A DNA stretch of 63,920 bases, the filler included, from Octopus bimaculoides (lineage: Eukaryota), in assembly GCF_001194135.2 (NCBI RefSeq). It is 6 parts of 5 records of this genome, joined end to end, with 100 filler letters (N's around TTAATTAATTAA, not from the genome) between each part and the next. Parts side by side here need not be neighbours in the genome. Positions count along the whole stretch, not along the records: positions 1 to 19,581 come from NC_068985.1; positions 19,682 to 30,675 come from NC_068985.1; 4 more parts are not named here. One strand, given 5' to 3'. The notes beneath the pieces were generated by a model, which ran no database searches, had not been told where the DNA came from, and worked only from the letters and a program-made list of their open reading frames with translations. Below, in pieces: positions 12,620 to 25,199 of this stretch. The position numbers were made by a program, and so were the translations under genes. Within the stretch, counting starts at the first letter, position 1. Each line of letters starts with the position of its first letter.

Positions 12620-13830
12620 CGTGAAATATTTCCTGTAATAGTTGACTTAGGCCAGAACAGAATTGAAACAGATGTATACTATGACAGACGTGTAACAACA
12701 TTTACTTTTTATTTCATGCCAATCAAAACACACGGGATTTAATATCATGTATAAACTAACAAAAATAATATGCACCATTGTTTCAAATCTGAACATCCAA
12801 AAGAAAATTCTAAATGACCTAAAAGATATTCTGATTAGTGAGGGTTATCTACCATCATTTCTTAATAATGCAATCGATAGAACAGGCAATTGATATCAGT
12901 GGTTTAAGAACTATAAAGGCCAAATCAGAAACAATTGTCCTATGATTTATCTCAAGCTATATGCCTAAGATTACTGAAGCCTTTAATGTAATTAATGTAA
13001 TTAAGCAAAATTTACCCCTGTTAAAACTTGATTCTACAACTGGGGTTTTCAACCATTTTTACCTACAGATCTCCTTGATTACTATTTTTTTCTGGTGGTC
13101 CCCTATAGATATTCGATGCTTAAAAATTAGTTCTACAGATGTGTCTTTCAAAATTCCTAATTTGTTTTTCACACATGAATTTGTGTAGATTAAACTGTAT
13201 AAAATGTTAGAAAAAGAAACTTGTTTCTTGTAATACATAACAATACATACATTTAAAGCAAATGTTTTCCAGGGGCCCTTAAAATACCATTGTGGAACCT
13301 CAGTTTACTATTTTGTTGCGTGGACTCCTAAAAGTCTTATATGGATCCTCAGTGGGGCCATAAGGTTCCCAGTTGAGAAACGCTGTTCTAGAATGAAGTG
13401 GATCTTAAAATAGTAGAAAAGTATTTAAAAGTAAAAGCAACTACATTCATTGGGGAAACTTTTATCATGTGCCTAGCTACCTAGCAACATTACACAAAAC
13501 CCGGCAATATAAAATGCTGAAGACCAGATTGTGGAATTTATATTAATATATCCAAAGGTTCCATTTCACAACTGGGGAAGTAGTTTTAAAAATTTAATTT
13601 CTCTGCGTTTCGGAAAGTTTCATTTACATCATGATATACTGTGAGTATGGCGAGAAAGATATCGTTCAAACTTGCCTTACAAAACACTTGACAATTCACC
13701 AACAACAAATACGGGATCTGTGTACTATAAAAATTTGACTCTGGAAGCATTTAGCTCGATGTGCGGAAAGTCAGCGATCGAATTTTAGATTTCTTCCTCT
13801 ATATCTATGTGCAGAAATTATAGCTGAACA
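12620..13830 (+). mobile_element. Penelope-like retroelement remnant (RT thumb, linker, GIY-YIG endonuclease)
   Basis: IETDVYY..SCQSKHTGFNIMYKLTKIICTIVSNL..LNDLKDILISEGYLPSFLNNAIDR at about 12660-12880; IYIMIYCEYGEKDIVQTCLTKHLTIHQQQIRD at about 13620-13720. Confidence 0.7.
13040..13385. mobile_element. hAT/Charlie-like MITE inserted in the Penelope remnant
   Basis: Ends ctggggttttcaacc and cagttgagaaacgctg resemble CAGxGGTTCTCAA terminal inverted repeats; it interrupts the PLE coding remnant. Confidence 0.5.
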
Positions 13831-13939
13831 ACAATGAATCAATAAAAAAAATCTATTATTGTAAAATATAAACAAAGTTTAAATCATTAATTAAATGCTG
13901 ACACCTATTTCTTATGCATATCTTAATATTTATAAGACA

Positions 13940-14135
13940 TTCTTCTACTTGTTTCAGTCATTTGACTGCGGCTATGCTGGAGGACGACCTTTATTCGAGC
14001 AAATCGATCCCAAGACTTATTCTTTGTAAGCCTAGTACTGATTCCATGGGTCTTTTTACCGAGCCCCTAAGTTAAGGGGACGTAAACACACCAACATCGG
14101 TTGTCAAGCGATGGCGGTGGGACAAACACAGATAC
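13940..14135 (-). mobile_element. SINE family A, 3' half
   Basis: Reverse complement of the 3' half of the 39833 copy (cttgtttcagtcatttgactgcggc...acgtaaacacaccaacatcggttgtcaagcgatgg). Confidence 0.85.
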
Positions 14136-15235
14136 GCAAACATATATTTACATATATATACATATATATATATGTATACATATATGTAAATATATATGTA
14201 CATATATGTAAATGTATGTGTATANNNNNNNNNNNNNNNNNNNNNNNNNNNNNNNNNNNNNNNNNNNNNNNNNNNNNNNNNNNNNNNNNNNNNNNNNNNN
14301 NNNNNNNNNNNNNNNNNNNNNNNNNNNNNNNNNNNNNNNNNNNNNNNNNNNNNNNNNNNNNNNNNNNNNNNNNNNNNNNNNNNNNNNNNNNNNNNNNNNN
14401 NNNNNNNNNNNNNNNNNNNNNNNNNNNNNNNNNNNNNNNNNNNNNNNNNNNNNNNNNNNNNNNNNNNNNNNNNNNNNNNNNNNNNNNNNNNNNNNNNNNN
14501 NNNNNNNNNNNNNNNNNNNNNNNNNNNNNNNNNNNNNNNNNNNNNNNNNNNNNNNNNNNNNNNNNNNNNNNNNNNNNNNNNNNNNNNNNNNNNNNNNNNN
14601 NNNNNNNNNNNNNNNNNNNNNNNNNNNNNNNNNNNNNNNNNNNNNNNNNNNNNNNNNNNNNNNNNNNNNNNNNNNNNNNNNNNNNNNNNNNNNNNNNNNN
14701 NNNNNNNNNNNNNNNNNNNNNNNNNNNNNNNNNNNNNNCTAGCGTTCATAATATTTATTTCTATCGTCTTGGCTCAACAGCCCTCACCGTTTGTTTTTAC
14801 TGTCTTGTTTTTACTGTTTTTATTGTTTTTACTGTCTTATTATCACTGTCCTGTTCTTATTAACACTTTCACCCTCCGCAAAAAATCCCAAATTTTATTT
14901 AATTTGCTTTGCGGGAAGGACTGTTTCAACGAAGTCGCGTATTGTCCTTGCCTTCGAACGCGGAGTAGTTGAATCAGGGACAACTGACGAAGGGGTATAC
15001 ACTTTATGTTGCATGTCTCGTTTCTCTGTTTGTTTGTTGTTGTTTTTTTTGTTGTTCGCAAAGAAGTTCGTTTTCTATGTTTTGTTTTTATGTTTTCGTT
15101 TCTTATTGTTTTCAACGTTTTTTTTTAATGTCCAGTACCCATATATGTATGTATATATTCATATATATGTAGGTATGTACATATATGTATGGATATATGC
15201 ATATATTTATATATTACTTATATTATTTATACACA

Positions 15236-15395
15236 TACGATGTGCTTCTTTCAGTTTCCGTCTACCAAATCCATTCAGAAGCCTTTGGTTAACCCGAGGC
15301 TATAGTAGAAGATACTCACCCAAGGTGCAACGCAGTGGGACTGAATCCATGTGGTTGGGAAGCAAGTTTCTTACCACTTTGCCTCGCCTTCACCT
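15236..15395 (-). mobile_element. SINE family A, 5' half
   Basis: cttctttcagtttccgtctaccaaatcc...cccaaggtgcaacgcagtgggactgaatccatgtggttgg is the reverse complement of the family A head. Confidence 0.85.
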
Positions 15396-16039
15396 ATATG
15401 TATTTCACCTTTCTTTTTAATAATTAAAAGAACAAAAATTTACATCCATGCTTTAGCAGAGTCCACGAACATGTATAACATTACCTCCCTTGTTACCTAG
15501 TGAGTATCCGGTAGATACACTATATTTTGAATGTAGGCTAATAGCAAGCCATTACACACGTATATTGCAATGAATATATTCTGTAAGAAAAGAGACATGT
15601 TTAATGTATTGTATGTTACAAAAGTGCCTCAATGACCGACTTTATGTATTTATCAATGCAAAATATATATTTAAAATTGACAAAAATCTCAAAGCTCCAT
15701 GTAGATAGCATGAAATAAAATAATGTTCAATTTATGCCTTTCTTAAAAGCAGCAATAACTTCTTTTTTCATTTCACAAATCTGAATCGAAACTGAATATT
15801 CAATTAGTTGCTATTGGACATAATTCAGAATCACATCTATTTTGTACAAAGTCAAATGTCCTTTCCTGTGTAGTTACTGACGACAACTATCGTCTAAAAG
15901 TATGTTTATACCTAACACGTATACATTATACTGGACTTATATCAGAGTAAACAAGTGTTGTTTCAAAAAGATAAAAAAACAGCAACGTTATATATAATCA
16001 ACAAAAGGAAAATAATTAAGTGCTTGCGAGGCCGTATGT

Positions 16040-16310
16040 TTTACAGTTTTGTTCCCAACCATATATAGTTCCGGCAGGGTAATTTAGGCAAGTGTCTTTT
16101 GCTGTAGTCTTGAATCGATTAAAAGCTTGTGAGTGGATTTAATAGGCGGGAACTAAAAATATCACATCGCAGATATGTGTGTGTTTGTTTGCATCGTTGT
16201 GTTTTTGTCTCTTTCCAACAACCGCCTGACAAGTTTCGGTTTCTTCGCGTCCCTGTAACTTAGTAGTTCAACAAAAGCGACCAATCGAAAAAGTACCAAC
16301 CTTCAAAATA
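16040..16310 (+). mobile_element. SINE family A, old diverged copy
   Basis: ggcaagtgtcttttgctgtagtc...gtgagtggattt...ccctgtaacttagtagttcaacaaaagcgacc. Confidence 0.6.
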
Positions 16311-16944
16311 TAGGTGTAGAAAATCTGAATCTTCAGGTTTTTCAATATGCTAGGCCACTAGATTTAAATTGATATTAATCAAATTAATATTCAATTTTTC
16401 ACCCTTATTATTTAAATTTATGTTTACACACACACACACACACACACATANNNNNNNNNNNNNNNNNNNNNNNNNNNNNNNNNNNNNNNNNNNNNNNNNN
16501 NNNNNNNNNNNNNNNNNNNNNNNNNNNNNNNNNNNNNNNNNNNNNNNNNNNNNNNNNNNNNNNNNNNNNNNNNNNNNNNNNNNNNNNNNNNNNNNNNNNN
16601 NNNNNNNNNNNNNNNNNNNNNNNNNNNNNNNNNNNNNNNNNNNNNNNNNNNNNNNNNNNNNNNNNNNNNNNNNNNNNNNNNNNNNNNNNNNNNNNNNNNN
16701 NNNNNNNNNNNNNNNNNNNNNNNNNNNNNNNNNNNNNNNNNNNNNNNNNNNNNATATATATATATATAAACACGTACACATTTCTACGTATATGAATAAA
16801 TGATTATATATGTGCATATATGAATATATATATATATTTACACACACATATATACATACATAGGCACAATATGCACACACATATACATTGCATAAGTTTA
16901 TATATATATATATATACACATATATAAAGTGACTGAGGGTATTA

Positions 16945-17712
16945 GGTAGCACAAGCATTGCTAGAAATAAGAGAGAAAATTACTCTTAATCACAATAAAA
17001 CACTTATCTCATGACAGACAAGGGAGGCAAGCTCCCTACAGCTTCAGGTGTATTGCCAGTTCATCAGTAATTATGCATTTTTACTCGTCAGTGGCTCTTA
17101 CCCGTCTGCCTAGGGTTAAGCTGGTTTGCATCGTCGGTTTATTAGTTACCGTAGAAATCTCACGACGGTTTCATAAAGGGTAAAAGTGAAAATTATACAT
17201 GATAAAGGTGGCTTATTTGCAATTTATGACCGAAAGGTAGAAGTTTAGACATTACTAAAGTACCCGAGGGTACTAGTTAGCACCAGCATTGCTAGTAATA
17301 AGTGTCAAAACAACTCTTAGCCACGATCGGAGCATAGCCAGGTGACCAGTGATTTCGCATTTTGGTTCTTCTCCGACTGCCGAGGGTTTATAATTTTCAC
17401 TTTTACCATTTATGAAATTTTTACGTGAGATTTTTACGATAACTCTTATAAACTGACAAGTCGAGTCAGCTTAACCCTAGGCAGCCGGGGAAGAGCCACT
17501 GATGAGCATTGAAAAAAATGCTAAATCACTGGTGATTTGGTTATGCTCCGGAAACTGTAGGGAGCATGCCTCCCTTGTAAGTGATTTATCGTGGCTAAGA
17601 ATTGTTTTGACTCTTATTTCTAGCAACGCTAAGGCTAACTAGTGCTCTCAGTCACGTTAGCGATTCTATAATTCTGCCTTTCGGTTGTAAATTGCGAATA
17701 AGCCACCTTGAT
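16945..17712. repeat. Compound fold-back: two partial direct units followed by one inverted unit
   Basis: 17018-17197 pairs with 17385-17579; 17203-17326 pairs with 17587-17712. Confidence 0.85.
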
Positions 17713-19275
17713 TATATATGTGTATGTATATGCGTGCGTGCATGCGTACTTTTGTGTGTGCTCGCGCGTGTAGGTAGGTATATAAATATATTTCTATATC
17801 TGAGTTTAGACAAAACGTACTGTACATACGTGTTTGTGTGTGTATATATGAGTATTCATCTCTCTCCCTTTCTCTCTCTCTCGCCATTTCTCTCTCACTC
17901 TCTCTCTCTGAACACACGCACACACGCACGCGCACACGTGCTCGCACACACACACACACACGCACACGTGCTCGCACACACACTCACGCACACACACATA
18001 CACGCATATACACTTGTGTACGTGTGTGCACGTGTGTGTGTGTGTGTGCGTGTGTGCGTGTGTGTGTGTAGTGTATGTATGTATCTATGTTTGCATACAT
18101 ATGGATGCTTATAAATACAAACACATATATATAATTTCGAAATACTTCTCTTTCTAAACTATGTAAAAAAATCCTTCCCAATACAAATGAGGATTTGTAT
18201 TATCCGTGTATGTTTATATTTGAGTGACACTTCCGCTCGCGTATCGAACACATACGTCTCAAACGCACACCACACACCCACAAACGTATATATGCGTGTG
18301 CATGTGTATGTGTATACATACATACATACATACATACATGCATACATACATACATATATATACATACATTTATATATATATATATATATATATATATNNN
18401 NNNNNNNNNNNNNNNNNNNNNNNNNNNNNNNNNNNNNNNNNNNNNNNNNNNNNNNNNNNNNNNNNNNNNNNNNNNNNNNNNNNNNNNNNNNNNNNNNNNN
18501 NNNNNNNNNNNNNNNNNNNNNNNNNNNNNNNNNNNNNNNNNNNNNNNNNNNNNNNNNNNNNNNNNNNNNNNNNNNNNNNNNNNNNNNNNNNNNNNNNNNN
18601 NNNNNNNNNNNNNNNNNNNNNNNNNNNNNNNNNNNNNNNNNNNNNNNNNNNNNNNNNNNNNNNNNNNNNNNNNNNNNNNNNNNNNNNNNNNNNNNNNNNN
18701 NNNNNNNNNNNNNNNNNNNNNNNNNNNNNNNNNNNNNNNNNNNNNNNNNNNNNNNNNNNNNNNNNNNNNNNNNNNNNNNNNNNNNNNNNNNNNNNNNNNN
18801 NNNNNNNNNNNNNNNNNNNNNNNNNNNNNNNNNNNNNNNNNNNNNNNNNNNNNNNNNNNNNNNNNNNNNNNNNNNNNNNNNNNNNNNNNNNNNNNNNNNN
18901 NNNNNNNNNNNNNNNNNNNNNNNNNNNNNNNNNNNNNNNNNNNNNNNNNNNNNNNNNNNNNNNNNNNNNNNNNNNNNNNNNNNNNNNNNNNNNNNNNNNN
19001 NNNNNNNNNNNNNNNNNNNNNNNNNNNNNNNNNNNNNNNNNNNNNNNNNNNNNNNNNNNNNNNNNNNNNNNNNNNNNNNNNNNNNNNNNNNNNNNNNNNN
19101 NNNNNNNNNNNNNNNNNNNNNNNNNNNNNNNNNNNNNNNNNNNNNNNNNNNNNNNNNNNNNNNNNNNNNNNNNNNNNNNNNNNNNNNNNNNNNNNNNNNN
19201 NNNNNNNNNNNNNNNNNNNNNNNNNNNNNNNNNNNNNNNNNNNNNNNNNNNNNNNNNNNNNNNNNNNNNNNNNNN

Positions 19276-19323
<48 letters not shown>

Positions 19324-19514
19324 TGTCTGTGTGTGTATTATATACACACACGTATATGTCTGGTGCGTTATATGCACTAGTATAAACATGCATATTGCCT
19401 GTATGTATGTATGTATGCATATCTATATATGTGTGAGTATGTTGCTGAGGTGTTTGTGTCTGCGTGCGTACGTGTGTGTGTATGTGTGCTTGTGTGTGTG
19501 TGTGTATATGTGTA

Positions 19515-19560
<46 letters not shown>

Positions 19561-19681
19561 TGTGTGTATGTGTGTGTGTGTNNNNNNNNNNNNNNNNNNN
19601 NNNNNNNNNNNNNNNNNNNNNNNNNTTAATTAATTAANNNNNNNNNNNNNNNNNNNNNNNNNNNNNNNNNNNNNNNNNNNN

Positions 19682-19744
<63 letters not shown>

Positions 19745-20029
19745 CGTAGCTTTGAGCTGCAATGTATACGAATACATGAGTGTGTGTGTGAGTGTGTTCG
19801 TGCCTGCGTGTGTTTGTGTAAGTAGGCATATGTGATATGAAAAATCAAACCCACTACCAACAATGACAACAAGCAACGTGTTGAGGGCAGGGAAAGATAC
19901 GCCAAAGATTGAAGAGTTGTTAACCCAACTTAGAGTGAAATGAGCAGAGAATTTTATTTTTGGCAACGGTTCTATATTTACAAGAATTTGATTTTAGAAC
20001 CCTATTCATCTCTTTCTTCCCCTCTATCA

Positions 20030-20085
<56 letters not shown>

Positions 20086-20480
20086 NNNNNNNNNNNNNNN
20101 NNNNNNNNNNNNNNNNNNNNNNNNNNNNNNNNNNNNNNNNNNNNNNNNNNNNNNNNNNNNNNNNNNNNNNNNNNNNNNNNNNNNNNNNNNNNNNNNNNNN
20201 NNNNNNNNNNNNNNNNNNNNNNNNNNNNNNNNNNNNNNNNNNNNNNNNNNNNNNNNNNNNNNNNNNNNNNNNNNNNNNNNNNNNNNNNNNNNNNNNNNNN
20301 NNNNNNNNNNNNNNNNNNNNNNNNNNNNNNNNNNNNNNNNNNNNNNNNNNNNNNNNNNNNNNNNNNNNNNNNNNNNNNNNNNNNNNNNNNNNNNNNNNNN
20401 NNNNNNNNNNNNNNNNNNNNNNNNNNNNNNNNNNNNNNNNNNNNNNNNNNNNNNNNNNNNNNNNNNNNNNNNNNNNNNNN

Positions 20481-20531
<51 letters not shown>

Positions 20532-21059
20532 CGTATCCATACTCCATGTACAGATATTTACAGAGTTAGTATGCTGAACAACATAGAAGAGTAGTAGATT
20601 GTATGTAACGTTATGTAATATATGTCTATATGTGTAGTGTGTGCGTGCGTGTGTGTGCGTGTGTGTGTATGCGAGCGTGTTTGTATATATGTGTATACGT
20701 ACGTATGTATGTTTATGTTGTATGTGTGTATTCTTATGTTTTGCATGTATATGTATAGATGTATATTTTAAGTATACATACTGTGCGTATACATACGTGT
20801 GTGTGTGTGAATGTCTGTGTGTGTTGTTGCTAAAACATCAGTGGTATTAGATCAAATCTCTCTTTTTCTCTCTTCCCCTCTCTCCACTCTGTTTATGTCT
20901 GCGCGCGTGTGCTGAGCTATCTCTTAAACAAGTCAGTGACAGGCGATGCCACTGTTCTACCAACAAATGGTGAACAACCTCCATGAAATAACGCAACAAA
21001 AGAAATAACTACTTATTTAGATAACCCTCTTAATTTTGAAGAATATCAGAAGGCGTCTG

Positions 21060-21290
21060 GAAGACGTAGTCGTGTGCTTAACAAGATCGCTTCGTAATCT
21101 CATCATACCCGGTTCGATCTCCTTTTTTCGGTGATTTGGCTAAGTGCCTTATACCATAGCCTTGTGGGAGAAATTATTTGGAAGCCTTTGACAGGATAAT
21201 TTCTGGTTGCTTCATCTGCTTTAATGTCACCTGGTTCTTGAGTACCCTTAGTAGAGGCCACTCGGTTACAAGCATTCAGGTCAAGTCTCT
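21060..21290 (+). mobile_element. SINE family A-like, highly diverged
   Basis: gtcgtgtgcttaacaagatcgcttcgtaatctcatcatacccggttcgatctcc...ggctaagtgccttataccatagccttg resembles the family A head. Confidence 0.45.
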
Positions 21291-21412
21291 TTAACCCCCA
21301 CTCTCCAACGTTTTACCTGAAGTCATCTCTCCTAGCTTGTCAACACAGCTAAAACCATTGCGACTATTGTATATATTCATTTCATTTTATGTTAATATTA
21401 GGTGAGAAGAAA

Positions 21413-21620
21413 CGGCGTGCTGGCAGAATTGTTTGTACGCCAGACAAGATGCTTTGCGGCATTTCGTCAGCCTTCACGTTCTAAGTTCAAACTCCTCCGA
21501 GGTCAACTTTGCCTTTCATCCTTTCGGGATCGGTAAAGTAAGTACAGTCAAGCACTGGGGGTCGATATAATCGACTTATCCCTCCCCGAAATTTCTCGCA
21601 TTGTGCCAAAATTTGAATCT
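21413..21620 (+). mobile_element. tRNA-derived SINE family B
   Basis: ggcgtgctggcagaattgtttgtacgccagacaagatgctttgcggcatttcgtc..ttctaagttcaaactcctccgaggtcaactttgcctttcatcctttcggg; repeated at 45040, 49895 and 52485. Confidence 0.85.
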
Positions 21621-22362
21621 AATGTTGGGTGAAAATAGGAATGTGACTTTGGAAAAAAAAATAAAGAAAGAGTAAACCACGACACAGTATATAGTTAAAT
21701 ATGGAATACCTAGTCGTACAGGATAAATGAGACTGGAGACAGTTTGCGACTTACGAAACAGAAGACATCTCATAGCATTGTGGCCCTGACTAATCTTCCA
21801 TTCCAGGTTGTCATATATTGCGATTAAAGACATTCTTGACTCTGGAAAGAAAGACTAAATTCATACAAAGATGATAATTGGTGTTGATATGCTGCTGTTT
21901 TAGTTGCCTTTGTGGGGAATTATGGATATTCAAGGGCAGTCATAGCAAAAAAACAAAAATGAAATTAATCACGTCTTTGATGAAAAAGCGATCAAAGAAG
22001 CGCAGAACTTCTCATTCACACACGATTCTATAAAATGTGATCAAACAAGAACTGGTGAACATGAACTGTTTTAAATACAACTGAATTATTCTACGTTCAT
22101 TGATGTCAATTATTTCGTTATTGAATTAATATTGTTACCTGTTTTCTGATGATTGACATCATAGGTTCGTTTCTTCCGAGTAGCAGACAATGTTTGAGTC
22201 TTTCCAATATCGTCTGAAATATAGACAGATACAAAAATATGACAACTTAAAATGAATCACCCAATTTTATTGAGAACGAATTTGTACAGCAAAACTCTGA
22301 CCAAGTACCAAAATTCTGTTCGATATTTGGTTGTGATCAAAATAAAGAAAAGAGAGAAAAAG

Positions 22363-22416
<54 letters not shown>

Positions 22417-23946
22417 TGAGGAAGGGGCAGTCATAATGATGGTTTTCAGTAAGGAACGAAAAACAATGAAACTCAAATTTGTTCTATGATACAATGGCAT
22501 GGAATCACATTTATCAAAGACGCCAGGAATTAATGTTTCTTTTCAGTTTTAAAATGTAATTTATATTCCCCCATCATCATCCACCAACAATGATAATTAA
22601 ATGAAACAAAAATTTTGAGTAATGTATTTGTTTTTTTTTATCTTTTACTTTTTAAATGTTGATGTTTATTTTGAACAAGTACTCTTTTTATTTCACATTA
22701 GTCCGAAACTTGTTCATTTTATTCCACACCTTCAGTATTTTCAATAAAGCTGACATATTCATTATTTAGTCGAGAGCTAAGATTTCTTCCCATGGTTTCT
22801 GGAAAAATATAAAAATAACCTGGCATTGGCTTTTGATGTTGTTGCTATTGGTTTTTATCCGCAGGTCAAACCTATTTGAATAGACCGATGTCCAAAAACA
22901 TTCCACCCGTAATTATCCCGTTTTATTTTGTAGCAACGCAAATTGTTCTTTTTATAAAATGCTAAATACACTGTACCATTAAAAAAAATGGGAGTTATTA
23001 CGGGCAATCATTATGTACACTATCTCAATGGCTGACCTTAAAATCCTGCCTCAGCCGATACTGGGCAGTAAACTGACAGAAAGAGTTCAGTAACGGACTA
23101 AGGGGGTTTTATTATGTCCCCTTATATTCTGGTTTCCTATCCAACTGAAGGTGATTTTGCTTCTTATTTTCCAGGGAAAATAAGATAAGTGCGAATAAAA
23201 TACTGGAGACTATAAATCGACATGTCTCTCCCTCTGCATTTATGGTGTTGTGTTAGAACTTAATATTAATATCAATAAAATGTTGAGTCAATTTTAAAGA
23301 TGTTGTTTGAATGAGTTTTGAAGTCACACATTCAAGAATCAACAGTTTGAATATATGATGTTTCCGGTTCGTTAAAGCTAAATACTTTTAAAGCCATTCC
23401 TAGAATAAAACTCTATTTTTAAATAACCTTTGATAACCTTTGGTGCAAAACCTAAAATATATCTTCTGTCTCCTTCTACCAAGTTTTCAGAAAGGCTAAG
23501 ATTTCGTTAAAACTAGGAACCAAATCACTGTTAGACTGCCGTATGGATATAGAAGTTCTATAATTTATAAATTCCACACGGCTGCCTGCTTTGTTTCCGA
23601 AGTATTCGTCTTCAAAAATAGTTCCTCATGTAATCTTTGAGTATTAGTTTTATAAAATTGTATTCTTCGTAGTATCATCTTCAGTTGTTGTTGTTATTTT
23701 GTCTCCTACAGAGCCTTTTCTTTACTTCTTTTAAACTGCCAACGCTGTTCCTGAGAATAGTATGAACATCATGATACATTCCCGCAAAACCATGACATCT
23801 TGAAAATAACGACAAATATTGTTGTCGCTGCTGTTGTGGTTTACTTCTTCATCCATCTTACCTATGATCAAAGGCGTTCCAGCGGTAACCATGCTGTCTT
23901 TTTTTTAATCATAGAATATCAAGGACCACACTATCCAATGAGAGGA

Positions 23947-24175
23947 GGCACGTGGCTTAGCTGTTAAGATGTTGAAATCATGATCATAAGATTGTGGTTT
24001 CGATTCCTGGACCGGGCGGCACCTTGTGTTCTTAAGAAAAACACTTCATTTCACGTTGCTCCAATCCACTCAGCTGACAAAAATGAGTAATTCTGCGACA
24101 GACCGGCGTCCCGTCCTGGTGGGGAATATATACGCCCGGGAAACAGGCCCAGAGAGTCTATATGACTCGGGAAGA
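23947..24175 (+). mobile_element. tRNA-derived SINE family C
   Basis: ggcacgtggcttagctgttaag...gtggtttcgattcctggaccgggcg (B box), then ttgtgttcttaagaaaaacacttcatttcacgttgctcc body. Confidence 0.8.
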
Positions 24176-24279
24176 ATCTTTACCTATTTTTTTTTTTACA
24201 CCATCCAATTATTAAAAATTTACGTTTATGAATTTGTTTTTCAAGCTTTCTGATGTGAAACCGTGCGTTGAAAGAGATA

Positions 24280-24640
24280 TTGTAATATTACATTTTTTTT
24301 TGCTAAATAAACACACACATTATCTATTCGTTCTTTTCTCGTTTATTATTGTTTTTATTTTATACATGCCCATTGTCTGGAAATCTTTCGTCACACATCC
24401 GGGACCTCTTCAGCGACTTTTCCATCCACGTGTATCCTCCTACTCCTGGACTAGGTGGAGCAGGAGGATACACGTGAATGGAAAGTGTCGCTGAAGAGGT
24501 CACAGATGTGTGACGAAAGATTTCCAGGCAATGGGCATATATAAAATAAGAACAATAATAAATGAGTGAAGAACGAACAGTTAGTGCGTGTGTTTATTTA
24601 GCAAAAACAAAAATGACCGTCCCTAAATATAACAATTATT
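24280..24640. mobile_element. Fully palindromic fold-back element (MITE-like)
   Basis: Arms of about 150-170 bp pair around a short loop at about 24440-24465. Confidence 0.85.
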
Positions 24641-24693
24641 AAAAAGTTTATAAACAATAATACAATTTCTAAAGACGTGAATTTCAGCTTATT

Positions 24694-24853
24694 AAGGGCC
24701 ATCTTAAGGTATCGGCACACTGGTCCAAGGAGACCTAGCGTCTAGGGACCCAAATTTCAACTATGCATGTTGTGGCTTACTGTCAATAAATAAATACTAT
24801 AGGGTACATTGATTTGCCTAGGGACCAACAATGATGGATTCTAAGGCGGCTCT
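24694..24853. mobile_element. Short putative MITE
   Basis: Ends agggccatcttaa and ctaaggcggctctg are an imperfect inverted pair. Confidence 0.35.
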
Positions 24854-24879
24854 GACGTCATTCAATACACACACCTCTA

Positions 24880-24880
24880 C

Positions 24881-24926
<46 letters not shown>

Positions 24927-25000
24927 TTCTTCTTCTCCTTCTTCTTCTTCTTCTTCTTCTTCTTCTTCTTCTTCTTCTTCTCCTTCTTCTTCTTCTTCCT
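24880..25000. repeat. (CTT)n microsatellite
   Basis: Directly visible. Confidence 0.95.
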
Positions 25001-25141
25001 CTTTAGACTCAGGTCACGCCTGATCAGACAAGTCTACCATAAAAGATGATCCAACGGTAATCAAACCATCTTTCATTCAGACATAATGTATCTAGAATTA
25101 CATTATCTACTGCATGTTATAGTAGTTAGTGTTAGTGGCTA

Positions 25142-25177
<36 letters not shown>

Positions 25178-25199
25178 GAGGAGGAGGAGGAGGAGGAGA

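Noticed and set aside
14984-15000. ctgacgaagggg (and ctgacgaggggg at 60142) as hammerhead cores
   Set aside because: No closing stem II plus GAAA follows
19626-19637. TTAATTAATTAA islands centred in N runs (also 30720, 42930, 61100, 62588)
   Set aside because: An identical 12-mer (stops in all six frames) with 44 N on each side makes a 100-bp artificial scaffolding spacer, not biology. Adjacency across these joins is uncertain.
691-20577. Long ORF-track entries rich in YI/VC/HT/X
   Set aside because: These are translations of (TA)n, (TG)n, (CA)n repeats and N gaps, with no coding signal
23000-23900. Possible LINE ORF1/gag-like remnant
   Set aside because: Multiple stops and no convincing zinc-knuckle or other motif on manual translation
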